Shown: positions 36,343-50,100 of the stretch, one piece after another
Numbering within the stretch: the first letter of the stretch is position 1
How the letters are laid out: every line of letters starts with the position of its first letter
DNA from: Azolla caroliniana
Taxonomy: Eukaryota; Plantae; Polypodiophyta
Length of the DNA stretch: 64,000 bases
Direction of reading: 5' to 3'
Assembly (NCBI GenBank): GCA_043228905.1
Contig: JBHGNT010000014.1
Span: 9,424,001 to 9,488,000 of the forward strand
Made by a program: the position numbers and the translations under genes
The notes under the pieces: model-generated
What the model saw: the letters and a program-made list of their open reading frames with translations, nothing else
Databases searched by the model: none
Told to the model about the DNA's origin: nothing

Positions 36343-39300
36343 TGTCGAATACAAGTGTATAATGGACGTATTCACACTATCCCTTTGTATAGCTTAAGTT
36401 TGGGCCATTTGTGTAATTAGCATAAATGGTAGTTGCCCTAAGTCGGTCACTATATAAAGTGACCTTGTAATCTTGTTGTAAGGTTGGGGTGTTGTATTAT
36501 TGCTTTGTGGAATAGAAAGTCTTTTGTGCCTCTCTCTCTCTCTCTCTCCCTATCTCTGTGCAACGACCTAGAAACTGTCATACGCAGGTACAGAGAAGAG
36601 TCGAATGCTTCTTGATCTTCCGCATCGACACGGCCTCGTCTTCAACATCTGGTATCAGAGCCTGCACAGTATTCGGTCCTTCAATCCGCTGTCGGCCGTC
36701 GTCTTAACCTGCACAGCATTCGGTTTCCTGCGTCATTCGAAGAAGAGAGAAGAAGAAAAACGAGGCTTGCATCTCTTCGCGTTAGATCATCTTCGCTTGG
36801 AGTAAGCCAGCCGGTTGTACTCCGTTCCTTGTGATCGCAACCGCTCGAGGTGAAATCCCCTTGTGCAACATTGACACGATCGTGCTTCACTCGGTTAAAC
36901 GGCATCCGAAAAGGTCATTAAACGCTGCTCGCCGCTCGTTGTAACCACTCGGTGCAGATCGGTCTCAAGACAACAACCCCAATTCGCGCTTCATCCGGCT
37001 GATCGACATTCGGGAGGATCAGTTGGATCTGTCTCTCTCGTCGCTGCAGCCACCCGAAGCAGAATCGGTCCAGATAATCGGTTTCAATAATCGGTATTCG
37101 GCATATATATCTGAAGCGAACCGGGCTCACTCCGACTCGGCAACATTCGGGAAGACCAGTCGGTCCTGTCCCTCAAGTTACCGGAGTAAATTCGAGCAAG
37201 TTCAACAATACATATATCCGAAGCCGAACCGACTCGGGTTCAAATCCGACTAGAACGATATCGGGTGAGCCAACCGGCTGCACTCCAACAAGGTTCGTAG
37301 TCAACTCCGAACCGAGCTTCGTCAACCGAAACCAAATTTGATGGCATCAACATCCGGCTCGTCAGAAATGAGTCTACGAAAGTTCGATGGATCGAACTTC
37401 AACTTCTGGAAGGAACAAATGCAGGACTATCTCATAGTCAAGGGGCAAATCGATCCCATCGAAAATGAAGAACCTCCAGAAGGATACAAACCAATTGAGT
37501 GGCAGAAGCTGGACAGAATCGTCCGCGCCACGATTCGGATGCACCTATCGGAATCGGTATACTTTACGGTGCAATCGTGTACGACAGCATTCGAACTGTG
37601 GAAAACACTGTCGGACACTTACGAAAAGAAGGTCGCCGCAACGAAGATGTTTCTGATCCGGCGCCTCTACAACTTGCGGATGAAAGAATCCGATTCGGTT
37701 CAAGCACACCTCAATGAGTACGAAAGCATAAGCTCCCAAATCTCGTCACAGGGGACGGCAATCGAGGATGAACTCAGAGCAATGATACTCATGAGCAGCC
37801 TTCCCTCATCATGGGAAACTTTCGTCACAACCGTGTGCAACGCGTCAACCACGGCTGTTAAATACTCCGAAGTCACGAGCGCAATCCTGACCGAAGCAGC
37901 TCGGAGAAAGTCTTTCGCCAAAGACTCAACAGACGACGCTTACGTAGTACAAGGTTCGACAGACCGATCGAACATACGAGGAAGAGATTCCTCACGGCCA
38001 CCGAACAATCAGCGAAGACGGAGCCAGTCACGGGATAACCGAATCTGCAACTATTGCAAGAAACCCGGACACATCAAAGCCGACTGCCGCGCACTCAAAA
38101 ACAAGAACAACAAGAAGAGTGGCCAGCATGAGGAGATCAATTACGTCAGCTTCTCAGCTGATGTGCTACCAGACGACCCGAATATACTATCAATCGAAAA
38201 TCCAGTCGGATCAGAAGTTCTACTCACGACTGAAGAATCGAGCACATGGCTCTTAGATTCGGGCGCGTCATTTCACGTGACTCCTCATCGATCCCAATTT
38301 CGGCAATATACGATCCGTCACTCCGACTCAGTTCGAGTCGGCAACTCACAACACTGTGACATCATCGGAATCGGCACAGTAGAGCTCAACCTTGCAGGTG
38401 GCTCTACACTTGTACTCCACAATGTCCGACATGTACCCGAGCTCTCAAGGCCATTGATCTCAGTCGGACAACTAGATGAAGACGGCATTCGTGCCGGTTT
38501 TTCTTCGGGAGGGTGGACACTCCACAGGGGGAACCTCCTGCTTGCTAGAGGACCCAAGATACACTCCCTGTATCCGTTACATGTTACGCTCAGAGAGGGT
38601 AACCTGTTTCTGGTGGATATTCCTGTGTCATCACTATGGCACCGAAGATTAGGACACCTCAGCAAGGCCGGCATTACGCATCTATCTAGAGCCGGATACA
38701 TCCCCAAAATCTCCTTCTCCGACCACCAATTCTGCGAGCATTGCCAGTATGGCAAACAAGCAGCCGCATCACACCCGACATCAGCACCACGAGAAACGAG
38801 ACCTCTCGATTTAGTCCACTCGGACGTCTGTGGCCCAATGCCGCATCAGTCTGTCGGCGGTGCCTCTTACTTCGTCAGTTTTATTGACGATTCGACTCGA
38901 AAGGTGTGGGCTTATCCAATTCGCACCAAAGATCGTGTCTTCTCGATCTTCACCGATTGGCTCGCTATGGTAGAAAATCAAACCGACCGAAAGCTGAAAT
39001 GCTTTCGGACAGACAATGGGGGAGAGTTCAAATCCGAAGAATTCGTCAAATTCTGCCGACAACGCGGCATCCGACGTGAATTTACGGCACCACACAGTCC
39101 GGAGCAAAACGGGATTGCAGAACGAATGAATCGGACAATCCAAGAACGGATAGTTTCCATGCTCCAACACTCCGGACTGTCGGATGGCTTCTGGGCAGAG
39201 GCTCTACTCACGGCAGTACACATAATCAATATGTCGCCAAGCAGACCTCTAGGACTTCAAATTCCTCAGGAACTATGGATCGGCAGTAAGCCGAATTACG

Positions 39301-41835
39301 ACAAGCTGAGGATCTTCGGATGCGAGGCGTACGCCCTTATTCCGAAAGATGATCGCCGAAAACTTGCACCTCGGTCCAGGAAATGCATTTTCCTTGGATA
39401 TGGATCCGACGGCGAAATGGGATACCGACTCTGGGACCCCGAACGCAGACAAATCGTTCGAAGTTCGGACGTTGTGTTCAACGAGTCGGCTATGAATCCA
39501 TCAGTCGAAAAACCGATCGAAGTCCGAAGGGTAACATTTTCCGATGTGCCGACCCTTCAAGAAGGCCCCGCTCTTAACACACGGTCAGCTTCACGGGTAG
39601 CTGAACCTTACATTACCGACTCGGACAACCCCGACTCGGCACAGCAGAACAATCCGCTTTCGGACCATCCGACCTCGATACCCGATGCGACCAGTCCAAT
39701 CTTACCTCGACGATCCGAGAGACTGTCGCAACCTCCGGAGAGGTATTCTCCTGGAATTTTCTTCACCGACGCCGGCGAACCGACATCTTACGAAGAAGCA
39801 TCGACATCTGTCGATTCAGCCACCTGGCATCTGGCGATGGAGTCGGAAATGCACTCCATTCGGGCAAACAAGACTTGGGATCTGGTCGAATTACCTAGGA
39901 ACCGACGTGCTCTTCCTTGCAAGTGGGTTTATCGACTAAAAGAGACGTCTGATTCGACCACCCCAAAGTACAAGGCCAGATTAGTTGCGAAGGGCTTCCC
40001 ACAAGAATATGGCGTCGACTTCGACGAGATTTTTTCACCAGTGGTGAAAATGACAACCCTTCGTTTTCTACTCGGCGTAGTGGCAGCCGACAACTTGGAG
40101 CTGATTCAGCTAGATGTCAAAACCGCCTTCCTCCATGGTGATCTTGAAGAGGAAATTTATATGGAACAGCCAAAAGGCTTCGTGGCAACTGGCCAAGAAC
40201 ATCTAGTCTGCCGACTCAGGAAGAGTCTATACGGCCTCAAACAGGCACCGCGACAATGGTACAAGAAGTTCGACGACTTCATCCAATCGATCGGCTTCTC
40301 AAAAAGCGATGAGGACCATTGTCTCTTTACCAACACAGCTCAAGATGGATCACCCATCTTCCTCATCATTTACGTGGACGACATGCTAATTTCTGGACGC
40401 CACGCGGGCGAACTTGCCGATCTCATTCGGCAACTGCGGTTGAAGTTTGCCATGAAGGACCTCGGTCCGGCATGAAGATTAGTCGGCATCGCGATAAACG
40501 ACATCTTTTTTTGTCTCAGACCGACTATATCCGACGTGTCTTAGAACGCTTCAACATGCAATCAGCCAAATCTGCATCAACCCCGCTCCCCATGAATCTT
40601 CGGCTCTCTCAGCGAGACTGCCCGACATCCGGTCCGGAGGGGGAAGATATGAAGTCGGTACCGTATGCACCGGCAGTCGGCTCCCTTATGTACCTGATGG
40701 TCGCGACACGGCCTGATATTTCTCACGCCGTAGGAGTCGTTAGCAGATTTATGCACAATCCTGGCCGATCGCATTGGAACGCAGTCAAGCATGTGTTCAG
40801 ATATCTGGCTGGCACAAAAGACCACGGCATTCTTTTCGGTCCGAACCGAACCTCAGGCGTAGTCGGTTACACCGACTCGGACTTCGCCGGCTGTATAGAC
40901 AGTCGGAAATCAACAACCGGATACTGCTTCAAGTTCGGCAATGGAGCAATTTCGTGGAAGTCGAAACTTCAGGAGTGCACAGCGACCTCAACGACCGAAG
41001 CAGAATATGTAGCTGCGTCCGACGCTGCAAAAGAAGCTTTGTGGCTCGGCCGGCTGGCGCACACGTTTCGACAAGTCGACCATGACTCGGCTCCAGTTGT
41101 CTATAGCGACAGTCAAGGTGCTGTTGCCTTGTCGAGAAATCCGGTTCACCACAACGCCTCCAAACATATTGACGTTCGATATCACTTCGTTCGGGATTGC
41201 GTCATTTCAGGGAAAATCGGTCTAGAGAAAATATCCACAACCGACAATGTCGCAGATGGAATGACCAAGTGTCTTTCGGCAGACCGCTTTCGGTCTCTTC
41301 GGCATCAGATGGGCGTAACGACAAACCAGTCCGGTTAGAGCCGGACACAGCGCAGGATGGTTTCCGACAACCGACATCAGTTCCTTAACGATCGGCTTCA
41401 ACTCTTCCGACCCGACCAGTTCGGTCTTCTGCCTCGGACCCTGCCGACTCGAACAAAACTGATATGTCCGAGAACCTAGGTTTATACCTGTAATCTTAGA
41501 TAACCCATGTATACGCCCATTACGGGGGAGTGTCGAATACAAGTGTATAATGGACGTATTCACACTATCCCTTTGTATAGCTTAAGTTTGGGCCATTTGT
41601 GTAATTAGCATAAATGGTAGTTGCCCTAAGTCGGTCACTATATAAAGTGACCTTGTAATCTTGTTGTAAGGTTGGGGTGTTGTATTATTGCTTTGTGGAA
41701 TAGAAAGTCTTTTGTGCCTCTCTCTCTCTCTCTCTCCCTATCTCTGTGCAACGACCTAGAAACTGTCATACGCAGGTACAGAGAAGAGTCGAATGCTTCT
41801 TGATCTTCCGCATCGACACGGCCTCGTCTTCAACA
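36343..41835 (+). mobile_element. Ty1/Copia element K, very recent
   Basis: 305-bp LTRs at 36343-36647 and 41531-41835 appear identical. TSD TTTAG. Met PBS at 36650 and PPT GGGGGAG. Confidence 0.99.
37341..41338 (+). pseudogene. gag-pol: Copia K Gag-Pol with a single frameshifting deletion in RT at ~40470
   Basis: ORF 37338-40475 ends MKDLGPA* and continues in another frame as GMKISRHR (40319-41338). All Copia domains are present. Confidence 0.95.
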
Positions 41836-42214
41836 TTTAGAACGATCATGCCTGGGAAGCCGCTCACACCTCCTTCCATGCTTGCACCTCAAGCTCTGAT
41901 ACCACTTTGTTGAGAATCGATTCGTAAAACCACAAGATCAAACGATACTGAAAATACACAACACAACCACACAACGACACAGTACATAGAGATTTATGCG
42001 GAAACCCAAAACCGGGAGAAAACCATGGGAGAAGAAAAAACTTCACGATACGGTGGATGTCAAAGGACAAAGATTACAACACTCTGATTTTGAGTGTATC
42101 AACCACACAGGGTTCTTGGCGTCTACTGTTATGCACACAACAATGGCGCTGCTCTCTCTTTCCTTGTCTCTCTCTCTTGCGCACACCTCGCTCACGTCTG
42201 CTTGCCCTAGATAT

Positions 42215-42690
42215 TGTTGGGATTTCGGTCCCTCCGGATGGGATGTCCGGAGATGAATGACGGCAAGCCCGGTTGCGGTTACGGAACCGGATGATGAAGA
42301 GTACCCGGCATGAAGCCGGATGATGAAGACCCCGGCTACGGAGCCGGATGATGAATACCCCGGCTACGGAGACGGATGCTGAAGACCCCGACTACGGAGC
42401 CGGATGATGAAGACCCCGGCTACGGAGCCGGATGATGAATACCCCGGCTACGGAGACGGATGCTGAAGACCCCGACTACGGAGCCGGATGATGAAGACCC
42501 CGGTTACGGAGCCGGATGACGAATGTACCCGGAGAGAGATCCGGATGCGGGGACATATTTGTGAATATGTTTGCCAAGAGCCCTTGAGGCTATATTTGTA
42601 AATAGCCCGAAAGTCATATGTGTATAAATATGACTTAGGGCAAACAGTTTGTTGTTTGTTGCTCATTTTTCATGCGAAGTGAGAGCAGCT

Positions 42691-42722
<32 letters not shown>

Positions 42723-42988
42723 CGAAGAGGTCGTTGCCTCTGTGTATTACCGCCGCCTGTGGCGAAGACAGTGAACTCAAGGTTGTTGCCTTGTAGCTTC
42801 ACTATTGTACATCTCTGTTCATAGTGATAGTTGGAGTCTGAGGACTCCCGTGGTTTTTCCCATTTAGGGTTTTCCACGTAAACATCCTGTGTACCCTCCT
42901 CTCTATTGTCTTCGTGCATTTTGTATTTCCTGTTTTCTGTGAGGTAATCCTATTCCTCGGTTGTGGCCGAGCGCTGTTTTGAACGACA
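42215..42988 (+). mobile_element. Solo LTR related to Copia B
   Basis: TGTTGGGATTTC..CGACA with TSD GATAT. U3 is near-identical to the B LTR with an expanded 28-bp array; U5 has diverged. Confidence 0.96.
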
Positions 42989-44412
42989 GATATGTATATC
43001 TACAGATACATCGTATATATCTATTTACAATTGTAGCCACTGCTACAGATCATTGATTATTATGATTACTATAATAATAATAATAATAATAATCTCTTCA
43101 AAAAATCGACTCTTTGTGTCGACTCTTCGACTCTCGGCTGTCAGTTGTCGGCTACTTCTGAACAGTTGGATCCTCCCACTGGAGCGACATATTCCCAACA
43201 GTAACCTTATCGGTCGTAGCTTTATCATCCGTGCTTTGTCATAGTCTAGCGTTGGTGTGTCCGTGACACTAACGGGGTGCCGCCACCACACCTCTCTAGT
43301 GATGAGCAGAAACAATTGGTGGCAGGTAGCTGTAATGTTTGATTGTTGGACGACATCCTCTATTTTCGTTTGGAAGATGATATTTGGCGTACGGTGGTCC
43401 GGCACCACGAAATAACCGCTATTCTCACCGCCTGCTATGCGGGGATGGCGGGCAGCCACTATGCAGGGGACATAATTACCCGCAAGGTCTAACAAAGCGG
43501 CCTTTGGTGGGCAACGGTCAGACATGATGCCATGGCATTCACCAAGGCTTGCGACGCCTTTCAACGCATTGGCCAACCTCAGGAATCGGGTCGTATGCCA
43601 CATCACCCAGTGGTACCGCTTGAGCCGTTCCAAAAGTGGGGTTTGGATTTCATGTGTCCATTCAAACCCCCAGCCTCACAAACCGGTAATGTGTACATTC
43701 TCGTGCCAACGGACTACTGCACCAAGTGGATCGAAGCAAAGGACTTGCATTGTCGTCGAGAAACCCTTGCCTAGGCGGAATCGGAGAATGATGTGCGTGA
43801 ACTGGCCCTTACATGCGGGCACAAGTTTTGTAGTAATGAACGTATTACGGTACAAGTCGGCTGATGTGAATATCCTAGGTCACACGGATTTGATAGGTAG
43901 GAAATGGAGGTATATCTCTGTTTGAAAGGACAGAGAATAAAGATGATGTAACAAGTTGTAACGGCCTCCCTCCTTGGGCTATAAAAGAGAGGGAGAGGGA
44001 TCGTATAAGGGATCGCTTTTGTTGAGGACGAAGTGCTATCGGATTGGGACCGAGCTCTCCTCCTCCGTCTTTCTCTGTATTTGCGCTGTGCAGGTTTTCG
44101 GGAGGCTGATTCTGCTCCGCGGAACACCTGAGTGCTTCCGGTAGAGTCTCCATCTCGCTCTTCTGTGTGTGTGCGCGTAGGTGTAGGAGGTTTGTCGCTC
44201 ATCGGCCTACCGGTTATAACCTCTTTTTCATCAGAATATATATATATACATACATATACGCATTCGTCTCGCTTCCGTTGTTTCATTCGGTTGCGGTTTT
44301 TGTGTATCTGTGTGTGTGTGTGTGTGGAAGCACGGCCGCTGTCTTTCTTGCTCCTACTCCTGATCAGTTATTCCTTGGTCCTATACGCATGCGCATAACA
44401 ATGTAACATATT

Positions 44413-44430
44413 TGGTGAACCCGACATGAA
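44413..44430 (+). promoter_or_regulatory. PBS complementary to tRNA-Trp
   Basis: One mismatch to the complement of the plant tRNA-Trp 3' end (TTCACGTCGGGTTCACCA, recalled). Confidence 0.8.
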
Positions 44431-44856
44431 AAGGCGGTAGAGGAATAGAAAAGATGAGGGGAACGGAGCTTGCGGAAGCCATGGCTTTAGCTGTAGATCG
44501 ATTAGTGAGTGCGTGTGAAGGCACAGGCGCCCTTGATAGGGCTATTGAAGCAATTGTTGGCACGATAGGCCGGTTTGGTGGAAAGGACGCCACGAGCTAC
44601 CTAGAGGCCTATCGAGCCGAAATGGTGATGAGGGACATTCCGGAAGACAGGCGTTTGGCTGGATTTCCTCGGGTGGCGACGCCAGGCATCCACGCGGAGG
44701 TCCTCGAGGTACGGGCTGAGATCTGGACTTGGGATGAGTTTGAAGGTTGGCTTCTTGAGAAATACAAGCTTGATGACACGCTTCGGCTATCGAAGCGGGA
44801 CTTCATGGAATGGGTGGAGACCCCCTAAAAGGGGAGAAACGCATCAATGCTTCTGA

Positions 44857-46824
44857 CTACATCAGTTTAGCTTGGGCCACTAAGAGGTCAAGTCGTCGTT
44901 TCTCGGAGACTGTTTGAATTTCTGCACATCGGTTTTCTAGCATCGCTTTCTCTTCATTCCAGTTGTTCTGCTGCTGAATAATTTTTTCATTGATTTCGTT
45001 TATCAGTTTGTCTTTACCCGCCAACTGTGTTGTAAAACAAGTCTCTTGGCTTTTGACATACTCCTCCAGTTCCTCAACTTGTTGCCTTGTAGTCTCATGT
45101 TGTTGGGCTAACTGTTGGCGTAAATCTTGTATTACATTATCCTTTTCCCCTAAACATTTGTCGGCCGTCATTTTTGCCGACTGTAATCGAACCTCCATTT
45201 CCCTGAACCGGTCCTCAGTCTTTTCCGCCTTAATTTCTACCTCCCTTCGTGCTTGTTCGGCTTGGTACAACCTCTTTTGTAATTCCGAATCCGTCCCCAA
45301 AGGTTGTCTTTGTGACTCTGGCTGGACTATTTGTTCTCTCACTTTTTCTAAAGCCCCTTGTTCTTCTTGTAGTTTATTTTTCAATTGTTGATTTTCGACC
45401 TACATTTGTTTATACTGTGCATTAAGCACATCTGCAGTTGTTGTAGCCTGTTTGTATAATTCGGCCATATCCCTAGCCGCTCTACTAGCCTTTTCATAAT
45501 CACGGTGTACTTCCACCAATGCCTCATGTAATGGTGGTATTTGAATGGCTTCACCTCTATTTTGAGCATGTCGTTGTTGACCAATTCTATCCACTTCTGC
45601 TTGCTCATTTGGTTCGATAGCTCCACATAATGACTTCTGGATCATTATTTGATCTCTGTGCTCTTGCGCCATTTTTTCCAACACTTCTTGCAGTCTTTTA
45701 GCTAACCATTCTACCAATTCATATGATGTTCCGAACTGCAGAATGGCAGCTAGCTCATGTGCTGCTGCAGGAATATCAGAAAAACCGAGTGCCTCTTGCA
45801 CCATTGTTGTTGATGCCTGCCCTTTTCGAACTCGTGACATGTCATCTGGATTGACACGAGGTATATGCGTGCTTTGGGTGGCTTGATCGTTAGTTCCCTT
45901 TTTCTTTTGCATAGGTTGTTCTTGCTCCGGTCTAGAGTATGTTTGAGACCGTTGTTTCACCCTTCGTTGTTTCGGTGGTTGCTGGTCAATGTAAACTCGT
46001 CGCGATTCCTGCTATTGTGACGATTGCTCGTCTGTCGTCCCTCGTTGTTGCATCCTATGTGGTTGAGACTCCGGCAGTGGAGTCGGTGATTGCTGGGTAG
46101 GTTCGGGTTGTGGTATCGACTGTTCAGATTGCGTCGACTGTTGTTGTTCCGATTCTTCTTGGTGCCTTGGTTCCGGTTGGTCAGTCTCAGTCCGAGTGGT
46201 ATCATCCTATGTTGATTCTTCTTCCCTCCACTCTTCCCTTTGGACTTGTCGTCGGGCTCGGGATGATTGTACCTGAGGCGGCCGACGCACCTCTGATCGG
46301 TTTTCCGGCTTTGCAGTCGGAAATAATACTGATAACCAGCGAGCAAAAATTGGCTTCATTGGTTTTCCTTTCCGAACTCCGTTTAGTTGCTCTCTCAGAG
46401 CATCTGCCGACAATAGCCCCCAATCAAAAGCTTCGCATTCATAAGAGGCGATAATAAATCCGGCCCTCCTTTTGGGCATACAGTAGAATCTGGGACTAAC
46501 AAACCCTACTTCCAATAAAAATTTTGCAACTTCATGAAAAAACACATCCCTACCTCCCTATGTCTGATACGCTTTGGCAGACGGCGAATATTCACCAAAA
46601 TAGGACCGGAAAACATCCTCTGTGACCTTGTTGACAGTGTTGAACCCGCCTCTTGGCATCTCCAACACAGCCCGTACCTTCTTATTCGTGATCGTCGAGA
46701 CATTGATTTCTGCCAACAGAGCTTCCGCGTTCGGATGAGGCTCTGTTTGTGCGATTTTCAAAAATCCCTGTAACTTACTACGAGCGAGCCAGCGGCGCAA
46801 GTTGTCAGATATGACAATCGGCAT
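44857..46824 (-). pseudogene. Extra ORF of Gypsy E, homologous to 19670-21766
   Basis: Starts MPIVISDNLRRW. Pieces at 46558, 46207, 45400 and 44857 share one frame, and the C-terminus is coiled-coil-like. Confidence 0.87.
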
Positions 46825-47199
46825 ATTGTCGTCGTCGATGAATAGATCGTCACTCAATGAGGGCTGTGAGAACTGTTGTGGGCTATGGCGAGAAAAATCA
46901 GAAAACCGGTGAGCTCGAATGCGTTTCTGCTTCTGTGATGAAACAGTCATTACAGAAATAGGTTTTAAGAGATGAATCTTTTGCATGATGCCTAGGGAAT
47001 AAAAGTACTATTAATGTTATAATGACTAGGCGTACTAGTGGAGTGATGGCGAGAAATAGTAATAATGACTAATAGAAATATGCCTCCACCACTTTTACTT
47101 ATAGTCTTTTGAAATTACTCCAAGAATCTCTTCGTGAGAGTTAGTTATGATTTGGCAAAAAATATTCTATAGTTAGTTTTTTTTTTTTAAACTTTTCTT

Positions 47200-50100
47200 C
47201 CGATTCATCCTTGAATGGATTTTCCGGCATATGTCCACGATATGGTTTAAGCCGGAAACCATTGACCCAGTTGATACGTAACATTTTTACTATTCACGAT
47301 CCAAACTGGTCCCGTCCATCTATACCGAAGTTTTCCTGGCATCGCCCCCATCTTGGTTTGGAAAACCAGTACCGGTTTCCCGATTCTGAATTGCGATTCG
47401 GTTTTACGTCGGTGTCGATTTACAAATGCCTTGGTTTGCCTTTGCTTATGCTCTAAAGCTGTCATAGCTTGTAGTCGGTCTTCTTCTAACAGTAATAAAG
47501 ATTCCTTCCGAATTTGCTCCGACTGTAGTTCATTTAATTTTTCAGTTGCTTGTATTCGGAGTGTTGGAATCTGGAATTCAATTGCCATCACTGCTTCCAA
47601 TCCAAAAGCCATACTGAAGGGTGTTGATTTGATAGATGTTTCGTACAACGTGCGATATGCCCATAAAGCACTATGCAACTTTTGATCCCAGTCCGTACGA
47701 TTCTCATTTACTATCTTTTTGAGTATTGTCTGGAGGGTTTTGTTTGTCGACTCCGCCAATCCATTCGCTTGTGGATAGTAAGGGGTTCTTTTCTTATGAA
47801 CCATTGCATAGTAGGTAGACAATTCATGAACAAGTTTGTTAATGAAATGCCTACCTTGATCGCTCACTAATTCTATTGGGCAGCCGAATCGACACCATAT
47901 ACTTTCGTACAAAATTTTTGCTGTTGAAGCTGTCGTATTATCCCTAAGAGCTTTAGCTTCTACCCACTTTGTACAATAGTCAGTAGCCACTATAATATAT
48001 CTATTGCCTGTTCTTATTGCTGCTGGTTTGAAAGGGCCTACAAAATCCAACCCCCATTTCTGGAAAGGTTCAAGAGGTAAGACCGGTTGAAACGACATTC
48101 GGTCCCTTTCTGTCGGTTGTCCCATACGCTGGCATAAATCACATTTCTGACAATATTCAACCGTATCCTTCATCACTATAGGCCATCATAACCCACTGTT
48201 CCATATTTTTCTTGTTGTGGTTTTACCAGCATAGTGTCCTCCTGCAATTCCACAATGCGATTCCCGAAGAATGACTAATTTTTCGAATTGCCGTATTGTT
48301 CTTCTCCAAATACCATCTGCGCCCTTATGATACAAAATATCATTCAAAAGACAAAAATTACGACTCCTTACCGCCATCCTTTTTCTTTCGTCTGTCGATA
48401 GATGTTCGGGTGGCAACCCCATTGTAAGAAAGATTGTCATTTCTGAGATCCAACCATCCTCACTTTCTTCATTTACACCCTGTGCATTTACCGCTTCTAC
48501 TAGAAAAAGCTGACCATCCGGAAAATCATCCTTGACGCTTGTGCCTTCTTCTCCTGTCTCCAATCGACTGAGATAATCGGCCACTGCATATTGTACTCCT
48601 GGCCGATGTAAAATGTCAAATTCGAATTCATGGAGAAGAAGAGTCCATCTTGCTAACTTGCCAGTTAACTCTTGTTTCGAGACCAAATAAAGGAGAGTTG
48701 AATGATCAACATGAAATGTAAACTTTTTCCCCAAAAGATAGTGTCGGAATTTTCTGACATTATAGATCATTCCTAAAGCTTCACTCTCAGTGGTAGAGTA
48801 ATTTCTTTCTGCTGTTGAAAGTTTCCGACTCGCACAGTAAACTGGCATGTACCAATTCGGTTCAGTTAACTGCATTAATACACTTCCGATTGCGATGTTT
48901 GATGCGTTGACAAAAACATGGAATGGCTTATTCCAATCAGGTGGTTGAACGACTGGAACTTTGGACAACATTTTCCTCAGACAATCATAGGCATCCTATT
49001 CGACACTTGTCCACTGAAAAGGAACTTTGTGTACTGTTGTATGTAAGGGAATGGTGATATCCGCAAGATATCTTATCATTCGGCTGTGCCACCGAATCTG
49101 CCCCAAAAACCGACTGAGAGCTTTAGAATTTGTGGGTGCTGGTGCTTCGAGTATGGCTTTAACCTTGTCGGAGTCCATTGCAATTCCTTCATGAATGACA
49201 ATATGGCCTAATCATGTGCCACTAGTGACCCCAAATGTACATTTAGCCGGATTTAAACTAAGTCGTCCTTCCCGACATTTCTCCAAACATAGTCGTAAAT
49301 GCTCAAAATGTTCGGTTTTCCGACTATAAACAGCAAAATCATCCAAAAATACTTGCATAAAGGCAGGAATGTAGTTCCCAAATATTTCCTGTATCACTCT
49401 TTGAAATGTTGCCGGAGCGGTCTTCAAGCCAAACATCATTACTACTGCAACAAACACTCCCCATTCTATAACAAAAGTTGTCTTTTCTTGATCTTCCGGA
49501 TTCATCCAAACCTGATTATAACCACTAAAACCATCTAGGAAACTATATACTTCATGGCCAGCTACCGCATCCAATATACTATCCATAAATGGTAATGGAA
49601 ACGCGTCCGTAACGGTAGCCGCATTTAATTTCTGGTAGTTGACACATACCCGAATTTTGCCATTCTTTTCGGAACCACAACGATTGGACTTAACCATGTT
49701 GATTTTTTCACCGGACGAATAAACCCTACTTTCAAAAGTTTATCTATTTCTTCTTTAACTTTAATAGCATAATTAGGATTTAATCGGTACCTGAGTTGTT
49801 GAACCGGCTTTGCATCCTTACGAAGGTTGATTTGATGTTGACAGAAAGCTGGATCTAGTCCCTTCATATCTTCAAAAGACCAGGCAAAGACATCCTTATA
49901 TTGCTTTAATAATGCAGTTAACCTTTGTTTGTCCGCTTCTATCATTTCCTTAGCAATTAGTACTGTTTTCAACTCATTGTCCCCATTTCCTTCTGCCAAA
50001 TTTATTTCCTCCAATGTTGAAGCTTTAACTCGTTGGGACACTTTCATTTCTCTATCGGTAGCTTCTTGCTAGAGTTGTATTTCCTTAATTGCTTGCTCAT

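Larger units (their letters stand above)
28358..43200 (-). mobile_element. Ty1/Copia element G, degenerate, with three nested insertions
   Basis: LTRs 28358-32432 (split by a LINE) and 41908-43200 (split by a solo LTR). TSD GTAAC. Met PBS at 41893-41904 and PPT at 32433-32446. Confidence 0.95.
27574..43268. mobile_element. Probable solo LTR H (27574-28357 plus 43206-43268), split by Copia G
   Basis: Termini TGTCATG..CGTGACA. Non-coding, with an internal 26-bp direct repeat at 28082 and 28132. The halves are joined by the GTAAC TSD of G. No matching TSD of its own. Confidence 0.5.
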
